Below are positions 1-14,492 of a stretch of 64,000 bases of DNA, in pieces. This stretch comes from Octopus vulgaris (Eukaryota). Numbering within the stretch: position 1 is the stretch's first letter; each line of letters opens with the position of its first letter. The notes below the pieces were generated by a model. It was not told the DNA's origin. It saw only the letters and a program-made list of their open reading frames with translations, and searched no databases. The position numbers were made by a program, and so were the translations under genes. The stretch is taken from the NCBI GenBank assembly GCA_951406725.2, contig OX597814.1, positions 47,430,001 through 47,494,000 of the forward strand, in the 5' to 3' direction.

Positions 1-82
1 ATAAGGATTGCAAAATATTACTCGTAAATGGAGTGGTAGGGTAAATCCCTTAAATATTACAACTATGATATTTTTTCTAAGG

Positions 83-247
83 ACACAAGCACGGTTTATA
101 GAGAGAAAAAAACTTGTTTCCCAACAATATGATCTTGGGTTCAGTCCTATGTAGCACTCTGAGCAAGTGTTTTCCACTATAGCCCCAGGTTGTCTAAAGT
201 CTTGTGAGTGGATTTGATAGATGGAAGAAACAAACTGAAAGAAGCTC

Positions 248-250
<3 letters not shown>
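83..250 (+). mobile_element. tRNA-derived CORE-type SINE (octopus OR-like), 5' half, degraded
   Basis: B-box-like GGGTTCAGTCC followed by 'ctgagcaagtgtttt...ttgtgagtggatttg...aaactgaaagaagc', matching the better copy at 19772-20308. Confidence 0.7.
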
Positions 251-312
<62 letters not shown>

Positions 313-378
313 ACGACTGGATACCCTTCCTAATGCCAACCACTTCAAGAGTGTAATGGGTGCTTTTTACATATCATA

Positions 379-423
<45 letters not shown>

Positions 424-442
424 TTGTATCCACATGCATAAA

Positions 443-489
<47 letters not shown>

Positions 490-493
<4 letters not shown>

Positions 494-546
494 AGAATTT
501 ACAAAAAGACAAAAGACGAAGATAGTGTAGATAACAAACAGATGTC
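490..546 (-). mobile_element. 3' fragment of hammerhead-bearing Penelope-like short element (same family as 6660-6843)
   Basis: 'gggagaatttacaaaaagacaaaagacgaaga...gtgtagataacaaacagatgt' is the reverse complement of 6778-6843; it abuts (TA)n. Confidence 0.7.
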
Positions 547-594
547 TACACCTTAAAGGGTCTAGGCACTGTTTTTTTTTTAAGTTTGGGACTT

Positions 595-832
595 ATTCTA
601 TTTGTCTCTTTTGCCAAACTGCTAATGTACACAAACCAATACTGGTTGTCAAGCAATGAGGGAAAACACACACACACACATATACATATGTGGTGGTTTT
701 CATACAATTTCTGTCTCAAGATTCATTTGCAAGGCTGTAGTAGAAGACACTTGCCCAAGGTGCCACACAGTAGGACTGAACCTAGGATCACATGGTTGTA
801 AAGTGAGTTTCTTAACCACGCAGCCATGCCTA
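595..832 (-). mobile_element. CORE-type SINE (OR-like)
   Basis: 'agaagacacttgcccaaggtgcc...actgaacc...ttcttaaccacgcagccatgcc' is the reverse complement of the SINE head and core. Confidence 0.8.
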
Positions 833-1289
833 CACCTTTTGTTGCCTTTTTGTAAATTTTTTTTCGCAATTCTTACAGAATAGATATTATTGACCTCTCA
901 CACAAGAAGATATTTATTTTATGAGAAGAGGGCTTCTAGTCACATGATTCAACCCCTTTAACTTGCCGGTATTTATTTTGTCAACATCAAGAATAGTAGA
1001 CCCAGATGTATTTATCAGGTAACTGAGAAGGATGAAATGAAATGCTATAACTTAGTGAGGCATTACACTATTGCATTGGGTTTCTCCATAACTTTGTAGA
1101 TCCTTATCTTACAGAAGAACATTTATTTACACAATCATAAAAGTAAGTATAATAAAAGGAACATTATATTGTATTTTCAAAAAATAAAACAAACACAATA
1201 TTGAAAACTATGTTTTTAAGGTTCATTTTCCTTTGAACTTTTGCTAAGTTGTACATCATTCTGAAATTTGAGATCTTCTTCTCATTTAT

Positions 1290-1870
1290 AGAATCCAGAC
1301 ATGGGTTCTTCAAATGTTGTTGATGCTCCTTTGTGACATTTTTAGCTCATTCTCTTGGAAGCTCCCTCAAGGATCCTTAATCATGATTATGCAAGATTTT
1401 GATTAATTCTAAAACTTTTAATGATATTCAAGACTCTAGAGGATTGAGTGGTCATGTCCCTCAAATTCATGGAAAGCAAGTTTCCAACTTTCACATATGT
1501 TGTTAGTATGAGCTTCTTCATTATTAGTTGCATAATTGGAGTGGAAACATGAGGGGAATCCTTTTTAAACATACTGGGAAAAGTATTTCATAAAAAAAAA
1601 GAAAAGTTGGTGACAGGATAGGCCACCAAATATCAGAAATTTAGGTGCTGTTGAAATAACCCACTAGACATTCCAGTTCTTCAATATCATTTTATTTTAT
1701 TTTCTATCAGATAATCTGTTTCAGTGGTTACTTCCACTGGTAGAAAAACCAGTACATCCAACAATGTTTCACTCCTGTTTAAAGAGAACAGCCTTAAATT
1801 TTGCACCTTTTTCCATGAAATTTGTACCTTTCTCAGATGATAAAAACAACCACCATTTGACACCTGTAAC
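1290..1870 (-). pseudogene. Degraded Mutator-like (MULE) transposase remnant
   Basis: Manual minus-strand translation gives GGCFYHLRKVQISWKKVQNL...LLDVLVFLPVEV...DYLIEN (about 1705-1855) and EEAHTNNICESWKLAFHEFEGHDHS (about 1445-1520). These match the MULE motifs GCxFH..Q..W.K.Q.LGL and RTNNxxExWN. Stops and frameshifts are present. Confidence 0.75.
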
Positions 1871-3486
1871 CCCAGAACTGTAGAATTGGTAGCAGTGGGA
1901 ACTGGAATGAATCCTGGTTGTCTACAAACTCAGGCCTGATCTTTTGTAAAGCTCATTCACACTTGGTTGCCATGTGAATTGAAAACATTTTGAGAAAGTG
2001 AAAAAGTACTGTCCTTAGAAAACTGTACTGTACTAATACATTTGTTTTTCAGTACACACTACATACATTATTTTGCTTGAAAACTACTCTGATAAAAGTA
2101 TTTGAAAACTTCTTGAGAAAACTTTAACCAGGAGTTTTTCTTCTTGTTTTGCACCTCACTGAAAGGGTCCTAGAGGTTTTTGACCCAACCTAATCAACCA
2201 GAATTATAACCAAAGGTATTACAACTGTAACCGTTCTCTACTTTAGTCATTGTGCATTTTTGTTTTTAAAGAAATTGATGTGATTTTGGGGCATTTGGTT
2301 GTTATTTCTAGTTGGTCAAGGTTAACCCTGACTGAACTGCCTTTGATTTTAGGTTGTCAGTTCAATGATGACCATCCCGGAGCTAAACATCAACACCTAC
2401 TTAGCAGTCCACTCCCTTTTGCTCTAGGCTGGACTTATGACACAGAGGTAACTAATTAAAGGTTGAATACCCTGTGGACATGCTATTCAAAGAATTAAAA
2501 CTTAAGTTGTATTTTAAATCTTGAAGATAGTAAGAAAATTATTTGGGCCAGAATTTGGCTGATGCACTGGCATTGATTTTCTAGAAACCGTCTTGATATG
2601 TTTTTGTAAGAGAAAATTATTTAGTGTCAGTAGTTAATTACAAACATCTAATTCATTTTAGTTTCTGTAGATAAGAGTCAATTACCAATGAAATGTGCTT
2701 TTTTTTATAAAAAAAAGTAAGTGACTGAAATTGATTATTTGGACCAACTTCATTTAAAATATCAGCTTGAAGAGACTGTGGTCAGTAACCAAACTGTAAG
2801 AATAAACTCTGAAAACGTAACATCTTAGCTGGAAGAGCTGGTATTTTCATTCAGAAATGTCACCAGTAAATGTAGCTCTTTATGCAACATTACATATCTC
2901 CAAGAAAAAGTGTGTTATATTAAATAGACCTTGATCACATTTCTTTTATGATTCCGTTAGTTTTCCTTCCATGAATATAGTTTCTTCCTAATGTTGTTTG
3001 TCATGTGTCGTTCTCTTTACCAACCCTAGCTTTTCTTGTGTTTGGTTGTTGTCTTATTTTCTTTCGTTCTGTGTTTATTTTCAAGGATTTGTGGTTAATA
3101 TATACTAAGGTTTCCTTCTATTTCATTTATCTTTCTTTTTTTTTTTTTTTTGTCTTCCCTTTCCTCTCTGTAAAAAGAAAAAAATGCTGGCTTATTAATT
3201 TAGCCTAAAGTGGGTACTCCCTTCTTGAATTTCAAAGCGAATTCTCCGCTTCCATTCTTCCCTTGATGAGGCAAAACAACAAGAAATTAAAAACTGGGGT
3301 AATCGAGTGTAGCCTGGAAATTACATTATTTCGCCTACTCCTCCTTCCATTCTGATTTTCTCTGCCACATATTCCTCTCACTTGTATCTTCCTGCCTTTT
3401 CACCATCTTACAATGTTTCTTTCTCTTTGCTATTCATTTCTATCTCCTCAAACTCAAAGATTTAAAACTTTGACAACTTATTCCTT

Positions 3487-5017
<1,531 letters not shown>

Positions 5018-6129
5018 CTCCTTTATCTTTCTTAATCTTCATATTCTTTTCTTCTTTTCCTCTTGGTTTTCATGTTATTTTACACACTGGAGACAAAATA
5101 CACACTCTCGCTCACAATAAAACAAACACAAACACACACACACAACTTCCTTTCCCTCACTGCATCCAGCATGATATTCAAAAACATTGAAATGCTGTAA
5201 CAGCATTGTGGTGTCTATGATTTATCTCCATTACCAGTGTCTCTTTATAAGAGTCACTTCCTTCGCTATATCCTTATCTTTTTTTTTTCTTTTTCTTCTT
5301 CTTCTTCTGTAACACTTTCCTGCCTCTCACATGCCTTTCTCCTTTAAGCATAGCCATTAGGTATTATATACTGTTGATAGGTGGCTGTGGTGAAGAAAGT
5401 CGATAACGATTATTTTAGTTGACAACTAGTATTTGAACTCTCTCTCTCTCTCACACTCTCTTATGTGCGTACATTCAATAGAAAAGAAAGAGGGGAAAAT
5501 TTTGATTTATAGAAACAAACCCCAGTTAATCTGTTCCATTATGACCATACAGTTTCTCAATGTAGCACAAAGCTTTCTTTGTAAAAGCAACAAGCGCAAA
5601 GAACAAGCTGTAACTGCCAAATACCTTTTCCATTCTTCCTCTTTTGACCATAGAACTGACCCAAAGTAAGACTTCTTTGTCTTAAGAAAAATTACTGTTA
5701 TGATAACCTTATATGTTGGTTATCATTGCATATATTGAAACAGTGTGCTCCTGTTATGATTTAAACTTTTTGATGAGAAAAACAGATGATTCTGAATGTC
5801 ATAGGTGGTTCTGCTAACTGGCAGTACAGTCTACTTCAATTTACCAGTTAGCCATGTGCCGACTACATTTCCTTTTCTTTGGATTTCCTAGTTTTTTTGT
5901 TTTTTTTTGTTGAATGTGTATGTTCAGGAAATTACAGATTAAAGGTAGTCTTTGTAATTAACATGTTATTTTGATTACTGATGATCTATTTTAGAAGATA
6001 AATCTGAATAACTAACAAAACTTAATCTGGTATCATTTAGCTGCAAAGAAGGATTTTTTTTTTAAAAGCTGAAAACTGGGAAAAGACATCAATCAGAATT
6101 TCAGAATGTTTAATTTTAAAGATCTATGT

Positions 6130-6308
6130 GCTGGTGCCACACAAAAAAATCACCCAGTACATGTTGTGAAGTGATTGACTTTTTGGAAGGACACCTAGCC
6201 ATAGAAGCCATGCCAATGTAGACATTGAAGCATGGTGTAGCCTTCAGACTCACTGGATCCTCTCACATCATCCAACCCATGAGTATGAATGTTAAACGAT
6301 AATGATGA
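6130..6308 (+). mobile_element. RTE LINE 3'-end repeat, degraded
   Basis: 'tccaacccatg...gttaaacgataatgatg' tail, as at 39080-39697. Confidence 0.6.
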
Positions 6309-6534
6309 AAAAGAAAGAGAAAGAAATGGCATGGAATGCTAAAAATAGCATAAGGATATAAAACAAAGAAACTGAAGATGATCTAGCAGTGCTTTTGAAC
6401 CTACTCACCTGAAGAGATGCAGGTACATGGCTATTGTTGCATCATATTAATGCAATGATGTGAATATATATAAAATGTAGTGATTTGGTATAAAGCCTGT
6501 TCATTCCATCTTTTCATATTGAAATTCTTATATA

Positions 6535-6603
<69 letters not shown>

Positions 6604-6610
6604 ATGTATG

Positions 6611-6656
<46 letters not shown>

Positions 6657-6659
6657 ATA

Positions 6660-6843
6660 GATCGCTAGCCACTACACATTCTTTATTTTCTCTCCTTGTT
6701 TCTTTGTGTTCCTTTCTGTGGAAGAGCGTAGGCTCGAAACGTTAAAGACTTTTTCACTTCCCGGGTGTTATACTAATACATCTGTTTGTTGTCTACACCG
6801 CCTGTCTTCGTCTTTTGTTGTTGTTTTTTGTGAATTCTCCCTA
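6660..6843 (+). mobile_element. Short Penelope-like (pLTR-type) element containing a minimal hammerhead-like motif
   Basis: cttt-CTGTGGA-A-GAGC(GTAG)GCTC-GAAAC-GTT-aaag at 6712-6747; homologues at 38930-39080, 23075-23168 (rc) and 490-546 (rc). Confidence 0.65.
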
Positions 6844-6863
6844 TACACACACACACACACACA

Positions 6864-7733
6864 GAGGGTGCGGTGGGTAAATTGTCGCCATTATATATTT
6901 TTAATTCCTTGCTGCGCATTCTTTGTTTTTGATTTTGTTGACTACACAGTATAATAGGGTCCGTTAGGCAACGTCTGTGAGAAAAACAGCTCCATGACAC
7001 AATTCACTCTGCCAGAAATTTGGAAACGACATGCTGTACTGCTTAGCATTCGTACCAGAAGCTCCAGTACGAACATTTCAGAGTGTTTCAGTGTCGGTCT
7101 GAGGACATATACCAAGAATGATCAAAATCAAACATCCAGTCAACACCATGGTGTTTGGAGTGATCACCAGTGATGGTGACATTGTGCCTACATTAATCCT
7201 TGCACACGGCCTCAGACTCAACACGGAGACCTACATCATGTGCCTGGAGGGGTTAGTGCTGCCTTGGGTGCAGAAGGTGGCTGCTGGAAGACCCTATGTC
7301 TGGCAACAGGACTCTACACCATGCCACACAAGCAGAAGAATTTAGTCATGGCTGTCAGACAATTTCTGCGACCACATTACTCCTAATATCTGGCCATCTA
7401 ACTCCCCAGATTGCAACCCCCTTGATTGTTATGTGTGGGGTGCAGTTGAGCGAGAGACCAACAAAACTCCTTGTAACACCAAAGCTGAACTGAAGGTAAG
7501 GATTATGGTAGCATTTGCCAACTTAAACAAGGAGACCATCCAGAAGAGTTGCAGGAGATTCCAAAGGCGTCTGGAGGTTGTGGTTGAAGCCAATGGCGAT
7601 TTTATTGAATAAATTTAGTCTTTAGTATTTCAAGATATTTTTTATGTAATTTTCGTAATGAATTTGTTAAAATGAGATGTCACTTATTTTCATTTTTGCG
7701 TAATTTAAACAGCAGTTTATTCACCGCACCCTG
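6864..7733 (+). mobile_element. Tc1/mariner DD37D (maT-type) transposon, internally deleted, transposase pseudogene
   Basis: TIRs 'agggtgcggtgggtaaattg' / 'cagtttattcaccgcaccctg'. Translation KHPVNTMVFGVITSDG...WQQDSTPCHTSRRI*SWLSDNFCDHITPNIWPSNSPDCNPLDCYVWG has 37 residues between the 2nd and 3rd catalytic Asp. Confidence 0.9.
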
Positions 7734-8047
7734 CATATATATATATATATCAGTCATTTGAACACATAATACAAAATGAAAAGACATGTTCCCTCAACCT
7801 ACTTCAGTCAGTCATGACCATCTTGTTTGTCTTAAGATGAGGTTCCAAATATCTAATATAACATCACGTGTTTGTTTTGTTTTGTTTTTTGTTTTTTTAA
7901 GGCAGTGGATACGATTTGAAGGAGGTTTGGTCGCTCTTCCTTGCAGGTCAAGTTAACACTGTCTTTCACTTTGTAGTCGGCCATTTTTGTACCTAAATAA
8001 AAAAAATAGCAATACATAAGCACACTTACATATTACTTTGAGAAATA

Positions 8048-8375
8048 GGATCCCACTGCGTGGCATCTTGGGCAAGTGTCTTCTGCTATAGCCCCGGGCC
8101 GACCAATGCCTTGTGAGTGGATTTGGTAGACGGAAACTGAAAGAAGCCTGTCGTATATATATATATGTGTGTGTGTCTGTGTTTGTCCCCCTAGCATTGT
8201 TTGACAACCGATGCTGGTGTGTTTACGTCCCCGTCACTTAGCGGTTCGGCAAAAGAGACCGATAGAATAAGTACTGGGCTTACAAAGAATAAGTCCCGGG
8301 GTCGATTTGCTCGACTAAAGGCGGTGCTCCAGCATGGCCGCAGTCAAACGACTGAAACAAGTAAAAGAAAGAAAA
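8048..8375 (+). mobile_element. CORE-type SINE (OR-like), 5'-truncated, well preserved
   Basis: 'cccactgcgtggcatcttgggcaagtgtctt...gcggtgctccagcatggccgcagtcaaacgactgaaacaagtaaaag'. Confidence 0.88.
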
Positions 8376-8965
8376 GAAGAAAGAATACATTAGAAAATGT
8401 ATGTCTTGATAAAGAGAAAGAGATGGTCACGACTGGAAGGCTTCCCTACTGAGTCACAGCTGATTTGAAGTTAAACAATAACTACAAGTTTTTGCAGCCA
8501 ACAAGAAATGTTCTGCATTGATTCTCAACCCTTCCTCTCTCATTTACTCCCCTCAGTTTCATATATTTCTCCATTCACCGTTTTACTCCTACGCAAAATT
8601 AAACACTAATGTCTATTAAAAAAAGAAAAGATGTCAGTTCAAGAACACTGCCTTTAAGATTGCGTGTTAGCGCTTCTCGTGTGTGTACGTGTGTGTGCGC
8701 GCGCGTGCGTGTGTGTTCAAAGCAGTTGGCATGCAACAAACGACTGATATAATATATTGATTTCAATGCAAGCATGAAAAGTATATGTCTCATTGCAGTT
8801 ATCAGCATAGATATTACATATAAAGCTATCAAATTTCAAAGAGAGGGAAACTCCACCTGGCTTGTTTTGTTAAAAACATTTTCTCTTTGAAATATACTTT
8901 TCTGATATTTATCTTTCCTTGATTTTACATATATACATATGCATATATATCAATCTATCTATCTA

Positions 8966-9009
<44 letters not shown>

Positions 9010-9346
9010 GTAAAAGTATTTCTCGAACTTTTTAAATAGTTATGAACTTATCCATAAACTGCAAATGAAGCGTTTCTTATTGTAGTGTATAGCGTCCTGC
9101 CAGGTTTTGGTATCTACAGTTGAGGTACTGGTTGTGGTAGGATGGTGGTGAATAGTTTAACAGATGAGATGAATAAGATGAAGAATGTTATAAATGGAAA
9201 GTAAAAAAAAAAAAAGGAGAGAAAAAATTGATGTTGGTCGGGATCAGGAAAAAAAAACAACACTCGTTAAATTCGAACCAATGTACAAACTTTTCCAGTA
9301 TATGTATGCATGTAAGAAGTAGATAAAGAACATTATGTATGAGTCT

Positions 9347-9389
<43 letters not shown>

Positions 9390-9399
9390 TTTGCATGGA

Positions 9400-9700
9400 A
9401 AAACGGCATGAACTCTAGAAAAGGGCGAGGCAGTCTTAGAAGTTAGTGACATCAAAGAGATTATCTAAAACTTGCTGGCTGTAAGGAAGGAAGTACGAGG
9501 GAAGGGAGTGGTAGTTCCTTCGATAGCCATGAAAATGTTAGTCGGCAACATCAAAGGACAGTTTGTATAAAGAGCAGCTATAATTTTAGGATAAACCAGA
9601 AGAAACCGGTCAACGAGGCATTTTATTTGCGATGTTGTGCCAATCAGTACTGTCTGAAAAACACCAGCAGTCGTCAGTTAGAATGCCTTTACAGTGACAC
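9400..9700. promoter_or_regulatory. Candidate Wnt-responsive enhancer (TCF/LEF sites)
   Basis: Two exact ACATCAAAG motifs at 9449-9457 and 9548-9556 in a non-repetitive, CpG-containing block; GCCG (rc) lies directly next to the second site. Confidence 0.3.
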
Positions 9701-9859
9701 AATGCTGATATAAGTTACATACATACATGCACGCGCGCGCACAGACAATAATAGTGAAAAATAAAGTAAAATAAAAACGTAAAAGGTATACCGACATATT
9801 ACACATATTATTCAATACTGCTTCATTCAGGAAGCCGAAACTAATGTGCGCGCGCGCAA

Positions 9860-9912
<53 letters not shown>

Positions 9913-10328
9913 TACACACACAGTGATGTGATATCAACAGGAAACTCAGGATATCAACATAGTTAAGTTACATCTTCAAATAACTGGATAAATCCTATCC
10001 CATGTGCCCATCTATTGAGTACTACTTTTCTCTGTGTTGCGCAATCAGACAAGTGCACATACACACATATATACACGTACATCTGAATTTCTCACTGTGC
10101 TCTTATCAAATAACAAAAGATACTGTCTGAAAGAACACTTTAAACCAATAAATAAACTTTACTTACGTATATTGGTACTCTTTCTCCCTTTTATGTATCT
10201 AAACGCTCATTCGTTCGTGTTTTTGGTGTATGTGCGTGTATTAAATACATGATATATATAATGTATTTATTTGTACGTGTGTGTATCCTTTTACAAGAAA
10301 AATCATACATACATACACACACACACAC

Positions 10329-10372
10329 ACAGTCTGATGAAGGCTAGCAGGCCGAAACCTCGTAGTCACAGT
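10329..10372 (+). ncRNA. Type I hammerhead ribozyme motif (Penelope/retrozyme type)
   Basis: acagt-CTGATGA-A-GGC(TAGCAG)GCC-GAAAC-(CTCGTA)-GTC-acagt. The core is intact with an extra A after A9, stem II is 3 bp, the cleavage triplet is GUC, and stem I pairs 4 of 5. Confidence 0.75.
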
Positions 10373-10703
10373 CAACAATTTTTTTATAAAAGGATAATAA
10401 ATACATATGTACAGAAAAAGTACTGAGTAAATCCTTCAGTTTAATATATATATATAGTTTTTTTGTTTTTTTTTTGTAACTTCACATAAAAACAAGCATT
10501 TAGATACAGACAGACTTTAAATTAAGCTAGAGCCTATGAAAGTAATCTGCCCCAGTTCCACAGAGCTACTTCATAAACATACTTTGTGTCTTTTGCTTAT
10601 GTGTGGTAGGTTTTTGTCGTTTTGTTTTGTTTTCAGTCTTCATACATTTCTTCATTTCATGTACAAGGGACTACACGTATGTTTCCTGATTGAATATATC
10701 TAT

Positions 10704-11504
10704 CAGTGGCGACTCCGGTACTCGGGCTGTTCGGGCTTAACCCGAGTATAAATTTAGTGAAGTGAACGTATATTTATTTACAAGTTGATTTAATTTCTGC
10801 TAACACTGACTTCAAGTGTGTAATTGCAGCCCATAACTCAGGCTCCTTTTATTGAGCCTGGTCGCAGTTGTTATTTTCGTTCAGCGTCTGGCAGTCGTCT
10901 TAGATGTATGGCGGTCGTCTGTGTTAAAAAATATCATTCGTAGCAGACGTTCTCTCGACATCGTTCACATGCACCTGACTCCGGTTCAGAAGTTACAGCC
11001 CTAAGTTGTTATCTATAGTCGTAAAAATCAAAAGTGATTCAAATTCAATTTTTTCTTAAAACAATAAATTTCTATAGAGATTAGGACTTAAATTCCAATC
11101 AATGAAAAGTTTTCATCCTACAATATTCTTAAAGGAGCGAAAAAATTATTCAGCAATCGGGCAAATGCGAACGAGCCTTGCTTGTATGTGTAAAAGACTA
11201 ACTGGCATCTCTTGTCAAGAGTAAAGGCGACAGTCAGATCGCTGATGTTTGTTGTGCACCCTGTTATCGTTATTTGATTGCTGTTATTCTGTGGGTCTGT
11301 GTGTAAAGATCAGTTGTTTTGCAGGGTTGCTTTATTTTTACCCTTAACTTAGAAATAGAGAAAGACATAATGCTTGATATAAAAAAAATAAGCCATTTGG
11401 GGTTAGAAATATTGCGGGGAAACTTGAAATTCTTCGAGCAGGCATTGTCTTATGCGAAATCTATGAAGATCCCGAATGACGCTGATGACCTGGAGTCGCT
11501 TCTG
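10704..11504. mobile_element. Non-autonomous hAT-type DNA transposon
   Basis: TIRs CAGTGGCGACTCC / GGAGTCGCTTCTG; 8-bp TSD ATATCTAT (10696-10703) / ATATCTGT (11505-11512). Confidence 0.8.
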
Positions 11505-13188
11505 ATATCTGTGTATATGTATGTATATGTGTATATTCATGTGTGTGTGTGTGTGTATACTGTCAATGTGTATACATTTTAACACCCTCTCATCTCCCTG
11601 TCACTCATTTCCTTCTTTCCCTTATCTATTTCATTAATTTCTATCATTCATGTCATTTGTATAAAGATAGATGATAGGAAACCTGTGGATACTTTATCCC
11701 CATTTCATTCTTTCTCCCATCACAAATCCTATATATAACAGATTGCTTTAGATCTGTTATTCCCAATGTACTCTACCTCTACCCTTTCAGCACTGCCAGT
11801 CATCACTCACTCTTTCACCCCCTAATCAGCCTGATTGTACCATCATACTCGTCTTTCATCCACCCATTCTATTAGTTCTATCACTTTCTTGGTCACATTG
11901 TACACATTTAAGTATCCTGAGTACTTTTAACTCCTTTGGGGTACAAGGAAACCCTTCTTGTGCTGGTGTTACAACATAATGCATCCAGTATACTTTCAAA
12001 GTGGGTAGTGAAAGAACCGCTTCTTTTCCTTCTCTCCCCACCCAAAGTTATCTGGTATTAGCATTCATTATCCACTCTTGTTATTAATGTTCCTCTATCC
12101 ATCACTACCACCTCTTCTGCCATCCTCTCATCCCAAGCACTCTGTTCCTACTAACCACAGCCCTTCTCCCCATCCACCCATCTTTGTTCTGTCATTACTC
12201 TCTCTTCTATTTAGCTCCTCAGCCACATAAAACTGAGTGAAGAAACTCTTATAGAGTGACAATCCCACTATTGTTGGACCTTTATAAGAGGCATAGGGCT
12301 GCTTTCCCTGTTTCTCAGGTGTAGATATTCCTCTCTGGATGGGACACCAGTCTTTCACAGGATTACACATTTTTACCAGTTCAGTGGGCTGGAGCAATGT
12401 GAAATGATGTGTTCTCAAGAACAGCTATTCTCGTGTCTTCAGAGTACTTAAACACCAAATCTGAATCTTTCACAAAATGCAGTCAGTTAGACAAATATCA
12501 ACTTAAATTCTGAAAATTTACATCAGCACTAAACATATCTACATTATGCTATTAAATAATCCCTTTTTCATCTGATTCAGCTTTCATTTCTCCTTATATT
12601 CAGTCAAATCACCTGATTCAGGAATTGAAATTGCAATCTTACGATCATGAGTCCAGCACCTTAATCACTAAGCTATGTGCCTCCACAATCATAGTTAATA
12701 GCATGTAAAAATTTATGAAACATTTTAGTGGGACTCGTTTCACAGGGGAAAAAAGTTGTTTAAGATTCTGACTAGGAATAGTCATCTGGGGGTTTCATTA
12801 GATAAAATAGTTGATCTAGGGACTGAACACTATCTAAATATTGTCTGGAAGTACAATATATCACCCAGTAACAATTAGGCTTAATCAGAAGTTATGATCA
12901 ACTCATTACTTAATGAAAGAAGGAAGTCAAGAGGTAAGGGAAATTGGAGTCCATAATGAGCGCAGATGGTGTTATGTGTTTGCATGAATATGAACTAGTT
13001 TGGTGTAAGTAGCTTGTTCCATTGACTAAAAAAGATACTTGTGAAAGGGCACTTGCAAAAAATATTGTCTTCAATTCACAGTTTTTCAAGTTTTCTATTG
13101 GACATTTCTCTGATACTTCTTAGGCCAGTTGGTATATTGCTTGCTTCATTTTAAAGTTTTATTATTATTATTATTATCATTATTATTA

Positions 13189-13234
<46 letters not shown>

Positions 13235-13235
<1 letters not shown>

Positions 13236-13430
13236 GGCGGGCAAAATGCTTGGCAGCATTTCGTCCTTCTTTACGTTCTGAGTTCAAATTCAGCCAAAGT
13301 TGACTTTGCATTTCATCCTTTCGGGGTCGATAAAATAAGTACCGGTTGAGTACTGGGGTTGATAAAAATCAACTATCCCCTCCCCCAGAATTTCAAGCCT
13401 TGTGCCTTTAGTAGAAAGGATTATTATTAT
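13235..13430 (+). mobile_element. tRNA-derived SINE, second family (central 'gcctttcatcctttcggggtcgataaaataagtacc' domain)
   Basis: B-box GAGTTCAAATTC, the shared central domain and an (ATT)n tail; same family as 33788-34021 and 62459-62683. Confidence 0.85.
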
Positions 13431-13904
13431 TATGCTCCCAACTTTCCCCTTTCAACATTGTTATCTCTTCTCACCTGCCTCCTTACTCATAAGTATTATT
13501 GGTCGTCCCTCGATCATTGCCCAATTTCTACAGTCATCATCTACTCCTTTTCCCCTACTTATCCTTCAACGCTTGTTCTTCATTATATTCACCCTCTTAT
13601 CCATTTTCTGTTTCTAACCATCTTGCACTCCCACTTAACTGCCTGTCCTTCTCTCTCCACCCACCACATAGCTTAAGGGTCCACCATGACATTGCATCAC
13701 TACTATTTTGCCTCTTTCCAGCTCCACCCTCTTTTCTATAATACGAGTTGCCATGTAGCTCCTATACTGTAAGAAATGTGTTCTGTTCTGGCCCTTTTTC
13801 TTATACTTTAACCCCTCACCCTCATTTCTTTGCATAAAGTGCCTCCTTCTCTACTGTAGCCTCACTCACTTGAAGAGGAACTTAGTTTTCACAAGCTGCG
13901 TCAC

Positions 13905-14100
13905 AACCTCATTAGTGCTGGTATCTAGAAAAAATATCCTGTACATACTGTAAAGTTGTTGACATTAGGAAGGGTGTGCAGCCCTAGAAACATACAAAAG
14001 CAGGTATAGAGTAGAGTCCGATCCTTGGACCCATTGTATCTTGTCAAAACCATCTGACAACCCATGCCAGCATGGAATGTGAACATCAAATGATGACAAC

Positions 14101-14162
<62 letters not shown>

Positions 14163-14190
14163 ATACAATGGGTCCAAGGACTGCACTATC

Positions 14191-14246
<56 letters not shown>

Positions 14247-14492
14247 ATATATATAACCCCATCAAACCAAGTGAACTTATAGTCGTGGCAGATACTGATG
14301 TCACTCAAGTGGCTCCGTACCGGTGGCACGTAAAAGCACCCATTACACTCTCGGAGTGGTTGGCGTCAGGAAAGGCATCCAGCTGTAGAAACTATGCTAA
14401 ATCACACTGGTGCAGCCCCTCAGTTTACCAGCCCTAGTCAAACCGTCCAACCCATGCCAGTATGGACAACGGACGTTAATTGATGATGATGA
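13905..14492 (+). mobile_element. Two tandem RTE LINE 3'-end repeats separated by microsatellites
   Basis: Both end in 'aacccatgccag(c/t)atgga...(gat)n' (about 14095 and about 14490). Confidence 0.75.

Noticed and set aside
11580-12300. Pyrimidine-rich region with a short diverged repeat (catccaccca...) as a possible coding remnant
   Set aside because: No recognisable motif in any frame; too degraded to assign
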